Shown one piece after another: positions 21,276 to 33,240 of a stretch of DNA of 64,000 nt. Within the stretch, counting starts at the first letter, position 1, and each line of letters opens with the position of its first letter. The DNA is from Chloropicon primus (Eukaryota), in the NCBI GenBank assembly GCA_023205875.1, contig CP060756.1, positions 558,001 through 622,000 on the forward strand, written 5' to 3'. The position numbers were made by a program, and so were the translations under genes. Under the pieces are notes generated by a model that saw only the letters and a list, made by a program, of their open reading frames with translations, made no database searches and was not told the origin of the DNA.

Positions 21276-24200
21276 ATGAGGCCGCGGAGAGGGGGAGCGA
21301 GGGCTCGACGCTGGTGCCCGCTCCTCGTTTTTGTGCTTTTCGTGCTCGTCGTCACGACGTTTTTGCCGTCCTCCGTGGTTGGTCAAGAGGAGGGAGAAGC
21401 GGCGACGCTTCCTGACGAGATTGGTGGCAACTCCACGGAAGCGGGGCCTCTGGTTGGGAACGCGACGACTGCCGAGGGCGGCGCTTTGCCAGGCGAAGTG
21501 AGCACCAACGTGACGACCGACACAACTCCGTCTGCGGACGACGCCGGCGAGGGCTCCGTGGAAAACGAGGGAGCCCAGCAGCAACCGCCCGAGGACGACT
21601 TCGGGAAGCTCATCGGGAACATAACAAACAGCGTGAACGACGCGTTCAACATCAACAACTGCAGCTTGCTTGAGGGCTTGGGTGGGTGCAATGAACCGAT
21701 TTCGGCGGCGGACGTTGGCGTGTCCGCAATCGTGAACTCCGTGCTTGGGGTGACGTCCTTCCTGGCGTTTGGGGTGTTGAGGACCCGCATCAAAGTCTAC
21801 AGGGCGAGGCTGGCATCCCCGGCGACTACGGTGAAGCCCCCGAAGCTGCCCGAGGGAGGCGTTATGCAGGTAAGAGTCTTACCGTGAGACCAGGAGCACT
21901 GGCCTCGCGAGTGGTTCGCGAGCAGGCGCGCGCGGCTGACACCAGGTTCTCTTCTCCACCTCGCCTTCTCCACCCTAAAGATTTTCAGCTGGATCCCCCC
22001 GGTCTTGAAGATGTCCGACCAGGCTTTGCTGGCGTCCGCAGGACTGGACGCCCTCATGTACTCGAGGTTCCTGATGCTGTGCGTTCAATTCTTCCTGCCA
22101 GTAAGCGTGCTCTCTTGCGGCGTCCTTCTGCCAATCCACTTCACGGCCATGGGAGATGGATACAACAGGTGCGAAAGCACGTTTGAGAACGACGACAGAC
22201 TCATCAGGACTACCGTCTCGAATATGTGTGTGGGTGACCCCCTCTTGTGGGTCCACTTCATCTTCGTTTACATCGTGCTGGCGTGGGCCATGTGGCTCCT
22301 GCAGAAGCACTACGTGGCCTACTCTTCTCTCCGCCACCATTACATCGGCATACCGCAGAAACCAAATCGTTGGTTTGACAGGTACATCAAGGAAGGGGGC
22401 ACCATCGATGAGCTTCGCTCCCCGTCGATCACGGTTGCCAGCAACGAAGACGAGTTCCTTTCCCCAACGCAACCAAGCGAATGCGAGGAACTCGGCGCCG
22501 TGACGTCTCCCGATCCCTCCGCAAGAAGTTTGGGTCAAACGGGGAGAAAGAGCAGCTTGAAAGACATCGTGCTGAGTATCTCGAGCTGGGGTGACACCGC
22601 TAAAGCATGGTTCAAGCCAGACAAGCTCCTGAACCACAAGGGGGAAGAGCCCGAAGACCTGCAGGTGTTCACCGGCAGTAAACTTCAGAACATGAGTCAG
22701 GACGAAGTGTCAAATAGCTTGACGATGTCTCGATGGAATGGCGTGAGCGATACGAACGTCATCATGACGAACATGTCTATCCAGGACTCTGCGGGGTACT
22801 TGCCGTCGCCAACCCTGGAAGAATTTGATCACACACTCAACAGCCAGAAGAGCTTTGCTGCGCTGAAGTGGTGGGACATCTACACGGAGCGAGGCGCGTC
22901 CGGGTCCAAGAAAAATTTCGAGCGCGAGGTCATGGTGAGGCCATCGGTGAGGCACATCAAAGGGGTGAACGCCAAACAGGACGGTCTCATCGTGAGTGTG
23001 AACGCGGCGCAATACGCTGTCTTGGTCACCGACATTCCCAGGGATACTCTGGAAGTCGAGAGTGCGCGAAAAAGTCATTCGAGGAACAACTCGAAGGAAA
23101 ACCGTTACAGCTTGGGTAAAGACGAAGACTTTGACGCGCTGGAGGGAATCGACCCTGGGGATGACATATGCGGGAGGGTATTCAAGCAGATCTTTCCAGA
23201 CTCTTTCAAGCATGTTGTTCCGATTTACAACTTTTCGGAGGTCACGAGGCTTTTGCTGCAATGGGACAGGGCCGCTCAGCGCCTGGAGATATACGAGGCC
23301 CTATTTGAACTCAAAGGAGTTAGGCCAACGATGAAAACTGGCTTCTTGGGGTTGTGGGGAGAAAGAGTCGACGCCATAACTCACTTCAAAGACGTGATTG
23401 AAGAGCTCGACAGTGATATCAAGAGAGCGAGGAAGAGAGCAAAGTTCAGCTCAGAGCGCAAAGCCAGTTTCGTTCTTTTTGATAATCAGATTGATGCCGC
23501 TGTCGCAGCTCAATCCGTTTTGCTGCCTCTAGACGGAACCAAGTTCGTGACCCACAGAGCACCTGGGCCGGACAACATAAACTGGCTCACTCTCTTCAAG
23601 AGCAACAAGGAGAAGTTTTTGAGGAGGCTGCTGGTGCTCCCCATCATCCTTATCATCATGTTGCTGCCTGCCGGTTTCTTCTCATCTGCAATGGCGGTGG
23701 TGGACTCCCTGTTTTGCACCGCGTCAACACCAGTGTACTGGCCTTGGTACTGCGAGAGCCAATCGGCGTTCCAGAAGCTGTTGAAGAGATTGGTCACCGG
23801 CTGGCTTCCTTCGTTATTGGTCACGCTTTGGCAAAATGTCATCGTCACAAGAGCGTTCTACATGGTTTCGCTGGTGGAGTGCGTCGCGTTTTCTCTCAGT
23901 GGAGTTGACAAGAGGATCACGTCCTTGTACTTCTACTGGGACTTCTTCAACATCTTCCTTGGTTCGGTCTTGGGTGCCGCGCTCTTCACGATGATTGGGC
24001 AGGCAGTGAGCCTGGACAATGTGAGGGAAATCATGGAGGCGTTAGGGAAAGGAATCGTGAGCAGTTCGACCTTTCTGACAAACTACGTGATGCTGAGGGC
24101 ACTGTTTTTGGTCCCTTTCAAGCTCTTCTTTCCCCACCCAGGTCTCTTGGGCTATGTTCTGCGAAATGCCTTGTCGGTTACGTTCACCGGCGTGGGCATC

Positions 24201-24746
24201 ACGCGCAGACAAAGGTTCCAGGCTTGGGAGCCGAAAAGCTTCATGTATGGCAGGGAGGCTGGCACATCTCTCTTGATGACCCTGATCGGCGTGGCGTACT
24301 GCTCCACGAGCCCGATCACGGTAGCCATTGTGGCGATCTACTTCCTCGGTATCTTCGTCGTGATCAGGCATCACCTGCTCTACGTGTACGCCAGGAACTA
24401 CGAGAGCGGGGGAGAGCTGTGGCCCATCCTCTTCGACCGCTTCGTAGTCATGCTGGTCTCCCTCTCCTACTTTGCGGCATGCCAGATGATCACGAAGCAG
24501 GCGTGGCCCCAGGCTCTTGTGCTTTTCGTGACCACTCCGGTGATTTGCTGGAAGTTCTGGAGCATTTGCAACAAGAGGTACAGAGAGGTGAGCGAGAATG
24601 TGCCATTGGACATTGGTTGGAGGCAGCCCAAAGCGGCTGTTCCACCCCAGATGTACATACCATCCGAGCTTAGGTCCCAATCAGTTGGGTGGCATCCAGA
24701 GCAGGGAAAGGCTTGGTCCGGGTACGGGCTGCCAAGGTGGCTGTAG
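21276..24746 (+). CDS. OSCA/TMEM63 (CSC1/ERD4) mechanosensitive channel, 2 exons; intron 21870-21980
   Basis: FSWI..VLKMSD...AGLDALMY.RF, RAPGPDNINW, YESGGELWP and many TM helices. Confidence 0.92.
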
Positions 24747-24856
24747 TGAGCAACTCAAGGATGATCGGAACATAAGCAAGTTGTTGTTTACATTTGTTAT
24801 AGAAGATTTAGCTCTGGACGGGGACAACGCACGGCGCCGGCTTCAGCAGACTTCAT

Positions 24857-25666
24857 CTACATTTTTGAGGATATGCCGACCTTTGGCTTCCAGCCTTCCA
24901 ATATGTACTCGTCAGGGTAGAACGTCGCCTCGGTTTCTCTCATAATTTCAAAGTTGTCCATGAACGCTTGAATTCCACCGTACCCTTTTCGGATCTCCAG
25001 TCCCTTGTAGTGGCTCAGCACGACGCAGGCGTGCTTCAGTTTGGGGTACAAGGCAAGGTCCACGCTGCACACAGCTGGTCTGCTGTCCAAGAAGTCCAAG
25101 CCCTTGGCTTGGTTAGCCTCGACATGCGTGTTCAAGGAGCTGACTTCAGCGAGCAAGCTCTGCTTGAGATCGTCCTCTTTCTCGGGTTCCTTGTTCGTGA
25201 TGTACTTGACGAAGGCGCCAAAGAGGCTCTTCCCGACCTCTTTCGTGCCCTCGCTGGCAGGGACAAGGCTTGGCTCCGGGAACATCGTCTCTAGGCGCTC
25301 GCATATCAAGTCCGAGTCCGCCAGCCAGTTTCCCTCCCCATCGCGTATCACCGGAACATTGCCTTGAGGAAAGGCGTCCAGGAACCATTCGGGCTTTTGC
25401 TCAAAGTCAATGAACTTGGCCACGTAAGGCACCTTCTTCTCCACGACTGTCAACAGCACCCTGTGCGAGAAGGGACAGTCACCTAAAACCTTCCCACTCG
25501 TTCCAGGTTTCGCCTTGACGTAAACCTCCATCATCGCTGCGCTGCACGTTGCTTTGCCCCTTCCGGGTCCCAAACTCCGCGCAGAGTCTCCGCACCTGAG
25601 CCTCTCACACAGCAACCTCCGCGTGGACAACCCTTTGCTCCCAAAGCGCTGGCATACACCTGCCAT
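24857..25666 (-). CDS. DHAR: Dehydroascorbate reductase (GST family), plastid-type
   Basis: LGDCPFSHRVLLT, KPEWFL, G.VPV, DSD.I, DLALYPKL, GWKPKV. Transit peptide present. Confidence 0.9.
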   Translation of the reverse strand: MAGVCQRFGSKGLSTRRLLCERLRCGDSARSLGPGRGKATCSAAMMEVYVKAKPGTSGKVLGDCPFSHRVLLTVVEKKVPYVAKFIDFEQKPEWFLDAFPQGNVPVIRDGEGNWLADSDLICERLETMFPEPSLVPASEGTKEVGKSLFGAFVKYITNKEPEKEDDLKQSLLAEVSSLNTHVEANQAKGLDFLDSRPAVCSVDLALYPKLKHACVVLSHYKGLEIRKGYGGIQAFMDNFEIMRETEATFYPDEYILEGWKPKVGISSKM

Positions 25667-25735
25667 ACAACTAGCCTCCGTCAGCGAAAACAACCTCGCG
25701 TTAGTTTCTCAAATCCTCACCAAATCTTTCGACCA

Positions 25736-26005
25736 AGGGCTTGAAAGAAAGAGAAGAACACGATGCGTCGCTCTGTACCCCTCCACTCCGTCCCTCCTGT
25801 CCTCGTCGCGCTCCGCCTCGCCCTGACTCACCTCAAGTCTAAGCCCAGAAAAAACAGTCTTCAATCAGTCCCTACATCCTCCACACAACGTCATTCCCGT
25901 CGATCGAGGGCTTGAAAGAAAGAGAAGAACACAATTCGTCGTTTTGCAGCCCTTCCCTCGGTCCGTTTCATCCTCGCCGCGCTCCACCTCGTCCTGACTC
26001 ACCTC
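25736..26005. repeat. Imperfect ~100-bp direct repeat between divergent DHAR and kinase genes
   Basis: AGGGCTTGAAAGAAAGAGAAGAACAC...CCTGACTCACCTC occurs at ~25736 and ~25907. Confidence 0.7.
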
Positions 26006-26032
26006 GTTCTCTCCTGGCCGCTGGAGGATCTG

Positions 26033-28030
26033 ATGGATCTGATCAGAAAACGAGATAAGGAGATGGCGCCGAGGGCGAGGGGTTCGTGCTTGAGTGGCGC
26101 AAGCACGAGTGGTTGCGTCCCCTCGAGGCCGCGTGGGGGTCGGCGGCTCGGCCTGGCGTCGCGGAGGAGGAGGACCTTCCGCCTCGCGAGCAAGGACGCC
26201 GCCAACCCAACGACGCAGCAAGTGCATGAGAAAGAGGGTGAGGCTGGGCCTGGGGATGGGCCTGGGGATGGGCCTGGGGATGGGGAGGTGAAGAGGAGGT
26301 CGGTGTTCTCTGACCTGCTGCCTCACTTGTACGAGGAGGAGGAGGGAGGGGAGGAGAGGAGGGAGGGAGGGAAGGAGAGGGCGGTGGGAGGGAAGGGGAA
26401 GAGGAAGTCGGTGTTCTCTGGGCTGTTGCCACAATTGTACGACGACGAGGAGGAGGGGGAGGAGGAGGGGGAGGGCGTTGGGGAGGAGGAGCTCGAGGAG
26501 GAGCTTGATGAGGAGCTCGAGGAGGAGGACGAGTCCTTCGACAGGAGGCTGAGGTCTGCGCTGAGAGAGATCGGACTCGTGCTGGAAGAGAAGGTGGGGG
26601 AAGGGTCTGTGGCGGATATTTACGCCGCGAGGGAGGCCGAGGGGGGGGTCAGGGCAGTCAAAGTTCTTCGGAAAGAGTTTCGGAAGAGGAAGAAGGCCCG
26701 CGATCTTTTCAGGACGGAGGCAAAGATCGCTGTTCAGCTCAACCACCCAAACGTTGTGAAAGTGTATCACTACGACGGCAACCTTCACTTCATGGTGCAA
26801 GAGTACTGCGAGGGGGGCTCGCTTTACAGCCTCCTCGCAGCCCAGCGTTCTGGGGAGACCTTGTTCCCGATCCTGGACGCGCCCCAGATCGCCAAGGACC
26901 TCGCCAAGGCCCTGAGCTACTTGCACAAAGCCGGCGTGGTGCACAGGGACGTCAAGTCCTTGAACGTCTTGCTAGGGGCCGATCCGAGTACCGGGAAGAG
27001 GAGGGCGAAAATCTGCGACTTTGGCAGTGCGCTCTTGTTGTCCTCGCTGCCCGAGAAGTACTACTTCAAACCGATCACGCAAGTAGCGGACAACGGCAAC
27101 AAGAACCTCTTCTCAAAGCTTGCCAACGATCTCGTGGACTCTGTGATCGGAGGTCCGGACGAGGGCAAGAACGCCTTTGAAGCGGTCGGTACGCCGTATT
27201 GGATGGCTCCCGAGATGCTGGACCCCAAAGTCCTGGACAGGATGAAGTTAAAGTGCGAGCAAGAGAGCGGGTTCGTGGACGCGCTCAAGGAGCAGGCGCT
27301 TCGGGAGAACCCAGAGGAGGTCGAAATCGAGATAAAGCCCTGCCTGGACCTGAGGGCGGTCACCAAGACGTTAGATGTTTACTCCTTCGGCGTGGTGCTC
27401 TACGAGCTCTTCCACAGGGCTCATCCGTGGTTCGAGGAAGAAACTTCGGTAGCAACGAGGGAGGAGGTGAGGAAGTTGATCGTGGACGAGGAGAAGCGGC
27501 TCCCCCTCGCTGATTATCTGTGTCAAGAAATCAAGGACTTGATCTCGCAGTGCTGGAGCTCTGACGCGTACGAGAGGCCAGCCATGGAAAGAGTCTACAA
27601 AGATTTGCTTCTCATCGAACGATTTGATCTGAGCGGGTCCATTGACGTCGCGGCAAACGTCGCGAAGTTTCATTTGCTCAAACCCGATGGCCAGAGAATT
27701 TATTTGGCGGACCAGGAGAAGACCTCGCTGGGCAGGTCTCCGGACTGCTCTCTTGTCTTGGAGGGCTCCAAGGTCAGCAGGCAGCACGCCGTAATTCGGT
27801 TCGTGTCAGAGGCTAAGAGTGGGGTGGAGATCGAAAAGAGCCAAAACGGCAAGTACATGCTTGTGAAGTCAGGAGAGGAGAAACCATACTACTTTGTCAT
27901 CACGGACACGTCGATGAACGGCACGTACCTGAACAGGAGGCCACTGGTGAAGAATAAACCGAGGAGGTTGGTGGATGGGGACAAGATAATAATGAATTTC
28001 GAGGTGGTGGCGACATTCGTTGCCGCGTAA
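26033..28030 (+). CDS. Ser/Thr protein kinase (TKL-like) with C-terminal FHA domain
   Basis: VGEGSVADIY, AVK, HRDVKSLN, DFG, GTPYWMAPE, DVYSFG. FHA motifs LGRS, VSRQHA, SMNGTYLN. Confidence 0.9.
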   Translation: MDLIRKRDKEMAPRARGSCLSGASTSGCVPSRPRGGRRLGLASRRRRTFRLASKDAANPTTQQVHEKEGEAGPGDGPGDGPGDGEVKRRSVFSDLLPHLYEEEEGGEERREGGKERAVGGKGKRKSVFSGLLPQLYDDEEEGEEEGEGVGEEELEEELDEELEEEDESFDRRLRSALREIGLVLEEKVGEGSVADIYAAREAEGGVRAVKVLRKEFRKRKKARDLFRTEAKIAVQLNHPNVVKVYHYDGNLHFMVQEYCEGGSLYSLLAAQRSGETLFPILDAPQIAKDLAKALSYLHKAGVVHRDVKSLNVLLGADPSTGKRRAKICDFGSALLLSSLPEKYYFKPITQVADNGNKNLFSKLANDLVDSVIGGPDEGKNAFEAVGTPYWMAPEMLDPKVLDRMKLKCEQESGFVDALKEQALRENPEEVEIEIKPCLDLRAVTKTLDVYSFGVVLYELFHRAHPWFEEETSVATREEVRKLIVDEEKRLPLADYLCQEIKDLISQCWSSDAYERPAMERVYKDLLLIERFDLSGSIDVAANVAKFHLLKPDGQRIYLADQEKTSLGRSPDCSLVLEGSKVSRQHAVIRFVSEAKSGVEIEKSQNGKYMLVKSGEEKPYYFVITDTSMNGTYLNRRPLVKNKPRRLVDGDKIIMNFEVVATFVAA

Positions 28031-28139
28031 CACAACACCACCTGTCGAGTAATTCATGTCGATTGTGTTCAACTTGCTTGCTTGAGATTGCGTTGGATTA
28101 TGGTTTTGCCCGTTTCGTAATCCTCCTCCTCCTCCTCCT

Positions 28140-28658
28140 CTATTTTTTCCCGATGAGACTGTCCAAGTTCCGCTTGAAGTCCTCAAACCCCAGAAAGCTC
28201 TTCTGCGAGGACGTGCCCGAAGTGGACAAGAGCCCGTACGTGATGCCGGCCAGGGAGACGCCGACGAATACCGTGCTCACCGCGTACACGACGTACATGG
28301 GAACGTCGACGTGCCGAACCACCTTGAGGTACCAAAACGACGGGAAGAACAGGAGGCCTGCAGCGAAAGGGATCCCGCTGAAGGTCAGCATTCGCGTGAG
28401 CGCCCTATCCACAACCTCATCAGGGACACTCGGCTCCTCCGGGGGGACGACCCTCTCCTCCAAACTTCGTCCAGCATCAACACCAAAAGAACTTGTGCTC
28501 GTGCTGGCGCTGTTGGTCTCCTCCACTCGAGGCAGCGGTTCGATCTTCTTCTTTCCGAATCCTTTGCCCGCTCGAACACGGAGGCTCCGGCCTCGCCTCG
28601 CGCGGACCTTGCTCGCGAGGCCCGCTCTCCCTGCAGTTCCTCTCGAAACAACCTCCAT
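28140..28658 (-). CDS. PAM68: PAM68 photosystem II assembly factor
   Basis: VPDEVVDRALTRM..FSGIP, two TM helices, GITYGLLSTS, LGFEDFKRN. Transit peptide present. Confidence 0.85.
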   Translation of the reverse strand: MEVVSRGTAGRAGLASKVRARRGRSLRVRAGKGFGKKKIEPLPRVEETNSASTSTSSFGVDAGRSLEERVVPPEEPSVPDEVVDRALTRMLTFSGIPFAAGLLFFPSFWYLKVVRHVDVPMYVVYAVSTVFVGVSLAGITYGLLSTSGTSSQKSFLGFEDFKRNLDSLIGKK

Positions 28659-28801
28659 GGTGGAGCGGGAAGTTATCCACCGAGATCGAGATCATCCTCT
28701 ATCACATCTTTGAGCTGGTGAAGGTGAAGGTGATGGTGAAGGTGATGGTGGTGGTGGGACGGGACCAGGAGGCAAGGGATGTCCTGTGATCCAATCCATC
28801 T

Positions 28802-28846
<45 letters not shown>

Positions 28847-29039
28847 GTGTCCCATCGATTGGAGGTGAGATGCTGCATCAAGTGTAGCAGAGGGAGGAGG
28901 AGGGTGTCCTCCTCCATTCCTTTCCTTTCCTTTTCTCCTGGTCACAAGAGCTTATACATTAAACCAATGAAGTAGTTATAGGCAGTATTCATACAAGAGT
29001 TACACAGTCGATGCCGCTGCTTGGAGCTTGTTCTCGTGA

Positions 29040-30296
29040 TCACTCCATCTCGATCTTTTCACCAAACGAACCCAAGTCGCCAGCGAGTATCCTCGCGATC
29101 GGTGCGGTGAAGTCTATGCTTTCGAAGCATATTTTGCACAGGGCCGTCAAAGGCGCGGACATGAACATTCCCGGAAGTCCCCAAAGCATCCCCCAAAAGA
29201 TGAGCCCGAGCATCACCGTGATCGGGTGCAGCTCAAGCTGGTTGCCCATCAGGTTCGGCTCGATGATCGAGCCGATCACCAGGTGGGCAACGGTGGGCAA
29301 GACCAGCGCCATGATGATCGGGAACCAATTGAATTCCGCAAGAATCATAAAGGGGATGGGTATCAGCGTTGCTATCGTGGGGCCCACGTTCGGGATGTAG
29401 TTGAACATGAAGTTGAGCAAGATAACCAGACCGACGTACTTGACGCCCAAAAGCAGCAGGATGAGGCCAGCGGAGAGTCCCATCAGGATCGACAGGCACG
29501 TCTTGATGAAGAGGTACTTTTTGATCCTCGATTCGATGATCGCCATTTGCCCCACCCTGAACTGGTTCGAGGTCTTTGGCTTGTATGCTTGAAGAATGTA
29601 GATAGTGAAGATGAGCACCAAGAATCCGAGCTCGGAAAGCTCGAGAAGCATCGTGAGTATCTGATTCCCGAATCCCAACACCATCTCCCCCGCCGGAAGG
29701 TCTTGGACAGCATCCACGGCGTTCTCCACAAGGCCTCCCTTGTGTATGAGCCGCTCGAAGAAAGAGTTGGTCTGTGAAGAGGAGCAAGGAAGGAAGCCAA
29801 GTCATGTCAAGCCGTCAGTCCTGTGGGTTTGGTTTGGTTTGGTTTGGAGTATCATCACAGACAGAGGGGGTATCGCGGGGATCCTCACCTTCACGAACAG
29901 ATTGGAGACGGACTGCTCGTACAACTTCATGTTGTGCTTGGAGGTGAGCTGCCTCACGCTGGACACCACAAGCCACAGCAGGAAGCCAAAACCCGAGGAG
30001 CCGAAGACGAGCGTGAAGAGAACTGCCACGGACTTTGGCATCCTCAGGTTCATCGTCAGCAGGTCTAAGATCGGTATGAACACGTAAGAGACCGCCACAG
30101 CGATAATAAGTGGCACCAAAACAGGCCTCAGCCAATGCAAAGCGAATCCAATCAAGATGACAGTAAGAGTGACCAGACTTGCCGTTTGAAGTTTCGTTTG
30201 CGTGATGGTCCTGAGGGAGCTCGAGGGCTCGTGGAGCAAGCTTGCCACCTCAAACTGGTGGTCGCCGCCATTCTGGAATGACCCCGCGTCACGCAT
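29040..30296 (-). CDS. AI-2E (PerM/TqsA) family transporter, 2 exons; intron 29772-29888
   Basis: PVLVPLIIA, NYIPNVGPTIA, IEPNLMGNQLELHP, FWGMLWGLPGMFMSAPLT. The splice is in frame. Confidence 0.9.
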
Positions 30297-30692
30297 AGGA
30301 TCTTTTGTCCTCTCTCAACTCAACTCTCTCCAAAGTCTCTCCAAAGTCCAAGTGAAAGTGGTGGAACACAGGTCTAGACCTGGAGAGAAAGGTTCAGGTT
30401 CTACACCACAGACTGGAAAAGAGAGAGAAAAAAGTTGTTATCTTTCGACCTGGCCTTGTTCCATCTAGCGCCTTCCTTGGACAGCTCGCTCCCAATAGGT
30501 GTCCTCGAAGAGAAGGTGTCCTCTCTCTCTCTCTCTCTCACGCTCTGACCCTTTGATATTTTATATTTTATATTATTTTATCTCCTGAAGAGAGAGAGAG
30601 AGATGAAGTGGCTGGGATGGGATGAAGTGCTGGGATTGGGATTGGATTGCGGAAACACGATTAAGATTCGTCCAAGGAACAAAGTAAAATAC

Positions 30693-33056
30693 TTAGAATC
30701 TCTCGCCAAACCTAAACATGGCGTGTCCTTTATTGTTATTGCAGTCCATAGCGTACTCCAGTTTGACAATGCCGAGTTTGACCCCAGCCCCGTACGTCGT
30801 GCCGCTACCGGCTTTCCTGTAGCACTCGGTGGGGTTGCCCTTCACAAACTTTGAGCTGCCGAGGTCGGTGCCGTGCTCGTAAAAGGCGTAGAGGTACCTG
30901 CTCTTCACCGGCACTCTGACCTCCGCCGCATATTCCAAAAGCGACCTGCATATTCCAAGCTCTCCCACGCCGTAGGCCCGAACAGAGTGTGGCCCGCCCA
31001 GCGGGAAAGCCTCGTACGTCGGCAAGTCGCCGATGCAGTTTCCGTACTTTGCGGACAAGATCAGTTGCGGCTGTCCCTTGGCCTTGTTCGCAGTCTTGAA
31101 AGGTCCGATTGGCATGGGAATGAACCGCGTTGCTGACAGCAAGTGCCTGTTAAAGAAGGGGAGGCAAGTACCCAGTCCCAGACCCTGGTCTATCTGCAGG
31201 ACATCCCTTGCTCCTACAGGGGACCCGCCCTGAAAGTGGGTGGTGTCCCTGATGAGGCTGAACTGCAAGAACCCCACCGTGTCACTTCCTGTGTCGCCCA
31301 GTGTCGTGGGTGGACCGTCCGCAGCAAATGTGCCATTGGGGAGTTTCCTGGAGCCCACCGTGCACAACGCCCCGGATTCGTCGTGGCTCTTAACCTGCTG
31401 AAGGACGAAGCTGAAGTTCCCCTTGCTATTTCTCGAGTAGGTCTCGTGGAGGCCCACCCTCGCGCCAGTCCTGGTGATCCAAACCGTGGGGACCTCGTCC
31501 TCGCTCGCGCCCGGGCTGAAGACGACCGACTGCTTCCTGGTGTTGAAGGCAGAAGCGACTAGGGAAGCCTTGTTCCCGTCGTTCACGCCGAAAATATATG
31601 GCTTCTTGTACTCGACCTTGAACCCAATGTCGTTGGTGGGCATGAGGAGGTCACTCGAGGTCAGGGACCCAGAGGCGCTCGCCCCCTCTCCATCGACGTT
31701 CTTGTGCTCCACGAATATTTCTCCCGCAGGAACAACAGAGCTGATTGTTGGCCGGCCACTCTCACCCGGAGCGAGCCCCCACTCGAGCTGCAGATCAGTC
31801 GTCTTAATCGGCTTCTCCATCACCCGGACCTCGACAACAACCTGCCTCTGGGTTGGGTCCTCCTCAGGCGGCCTCAGCCTCGGGATGACCTGCACGTTCT
31901 CGTACAAGTCCGTCGCATACACGTTCCTCAGCGCCCTCTTTCCGTCCTCCAGGTTGTAGTGGTGTCCTCGCTTGAAAGGCAGCGAGTTCCAGATCCACTT
32001 CTCGGGGTAGTGGCCCTTCTCGAGCACCCTCCCCTGCCTGGTCTCGTAAAGGACCTTGACCTTGTCGATGACGCCCTCGAAGCACTGAACCGTGATCGCG
32101 CCACTCTCCACGCCCTCAAAGTGCGACACGCACCCAAAGGCCAGGCCTCTCTCCCTGTACCACCCGTCGACCTTGTTCCTCGCCCAGCCCAGGAGGGCGG
32201 GGGTGAGCGCGGGGACCTCCCTGAATTTCTTGTCAATCGTCTGGACAATGTCCTCCGGCAGGATCGTCGTGCCCGCCACCGTCACCGAGTACACCGGGCT
32301 CAGCTGCCTCTCCTGAAGCTCGTAGGTGACCTTGGCCTCGTTCGGACCAACGGGGACGACCCTGACGTTCACGTTCTCGAACAGCCCCGTCTGCATGATT
32401 CTGTCGATGTCGTCCTTCAAGCACTTCTTGTCCACCAACTTTTGCTTCTTCGCCTTGAACCCGGAGACCATGGACTCTACCGAGGGCAGCCCCTCCACGT
32501 CCGGCTCGTTCAGCACCACGACCTGCTTGACTTTGAATTTGTCCTCCAGCTTGTACTCCTCCTTCTTCGCGGGAGATCCCTCCTCCTTCGCCTCGGCCTC
32601 CTCCTCCCCCTCCTCCTCCTCCAAATCCTCGTTCTCAGGGACGTCCTCCTCCGCCACAGCGACCGAGAATCCCCCTCCTCCGCCTCCCCCTCCTCCGCCT
32701 CCACCGAACCCTCCCAACCCACCACCTCCACCGCCGCCGCAACCCAGCAGAACGAGGCCGGCCACCGACAGGTACCCCGCAGTCTTCACCACGCTACCCG
32801 TAACACCCAATCCGAACACCTTCTCCTCCCTCCCCCTCCCCTCCGCCTCTCCCCCACCTTCCATTCTCCCTCCCTCCTTCCCTGTCGCTCTGCACGATCG
32901 CAAACCATACCGTCGCTTGCTCTCGTCACACAAAGCCACCTTCGTCCCATTCCACCCGACACTTTGCCTCGCTAACCTCCGTCCTTGTCCTTTCCCCTGT
33001 CGCCCCACCCTTCCTTGTCCACCTCGCGACACGGCTACTGCTCTTACTCCTACCAT
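30693..33056 (-). CDS. TOC75: Toc75 / Omp85 plastid outer-envelope translocon channel
   Basis: Bipartite transit peptide with poly-Gly, POTRA region, YEAFPLGGPHSVRAY, C-terminal FRFGERF. Confidence 0.93.
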   Translation of the reverse strand: MVGVRAVAVSRGGQGRVGRQGKGQGRRLARQSVGWNGTKVALCDESKRRYGLRSCRATGKEGGRMEGGGEAEGRGREEKVFGLGVTGSVVKTAGYLSVAGLVLLGCGGGGGGGLGGFGGGGGGGGGGGGFSVAVAEEDVPENEDLEEEEGEEEAEAKEEGSPAKKEEYKLEDKFKVKQVVVLNEPDVEGLPSVESMVSGFKAKKQKLVDKKCLKDDIDRIMQTGLFENVNVRVVPVGPNEAKVTYELQERQLSPVYSVTVAGTTILPEDIVQTIDKKFREVPALTPALLGWARNKVDGWYRERGLAFGCVSHFEGVESGAITVQCFEGVIDKVKVLYETRQGRVLEKGHYPEKWIWNSLPFKRGHHYNLEDGKRALRNVYATDLYENVQVIPRLRPPEEDPTQRQVVVEVRVMEKPIKTTDLQLEWGLAPGESGRPTISSVVPAGEIFVEHKNVDGEGASASGSLTSSDLLMPTNDIGFKVEYKKPYIFGVNDGNKASLVASAFNTRKQSVVFSPGASEDEVPTVWITRTGARVGLHETYSRNSKGNFSFVLQQVKSHDESGALCTVGSRKLPNGTFAADGPPTTLGDTGSDTVGFLQFSLIRDTTHFQGGSPVGARDVLQIDQGLGLGTCLPFFNRHLLSATRFIPMPIGPFKTANKAKGQPQLILSAKYGNCIGDLPTYEAFPLGGPHSVRAYGVGELGICRSLLEYAAEVRVPVKSRYLYAFYEHGTDLGSSKFVKGNPTECYRKAGSGTTYGAGVKLGIVKLEYAMDCNNNKGHAMFRFGERF

Positions 33057-33240
33057 CGCCCTCCTTCGCCGCCTTCACCCTTCGCCTTCGTCTTATCCTC
33101 TTTACCCTCAAGAGCCTTTTCCTCTCTCCTCTCAGGGGCCACACAAAAGTGTACAAAATAACACCTTATAAACGACACAAAAAAGGATCTCGTCCCCACG
33201 AGATCTCTTGCGGAGCACCACAACTGGAGAGGAGGACGCG

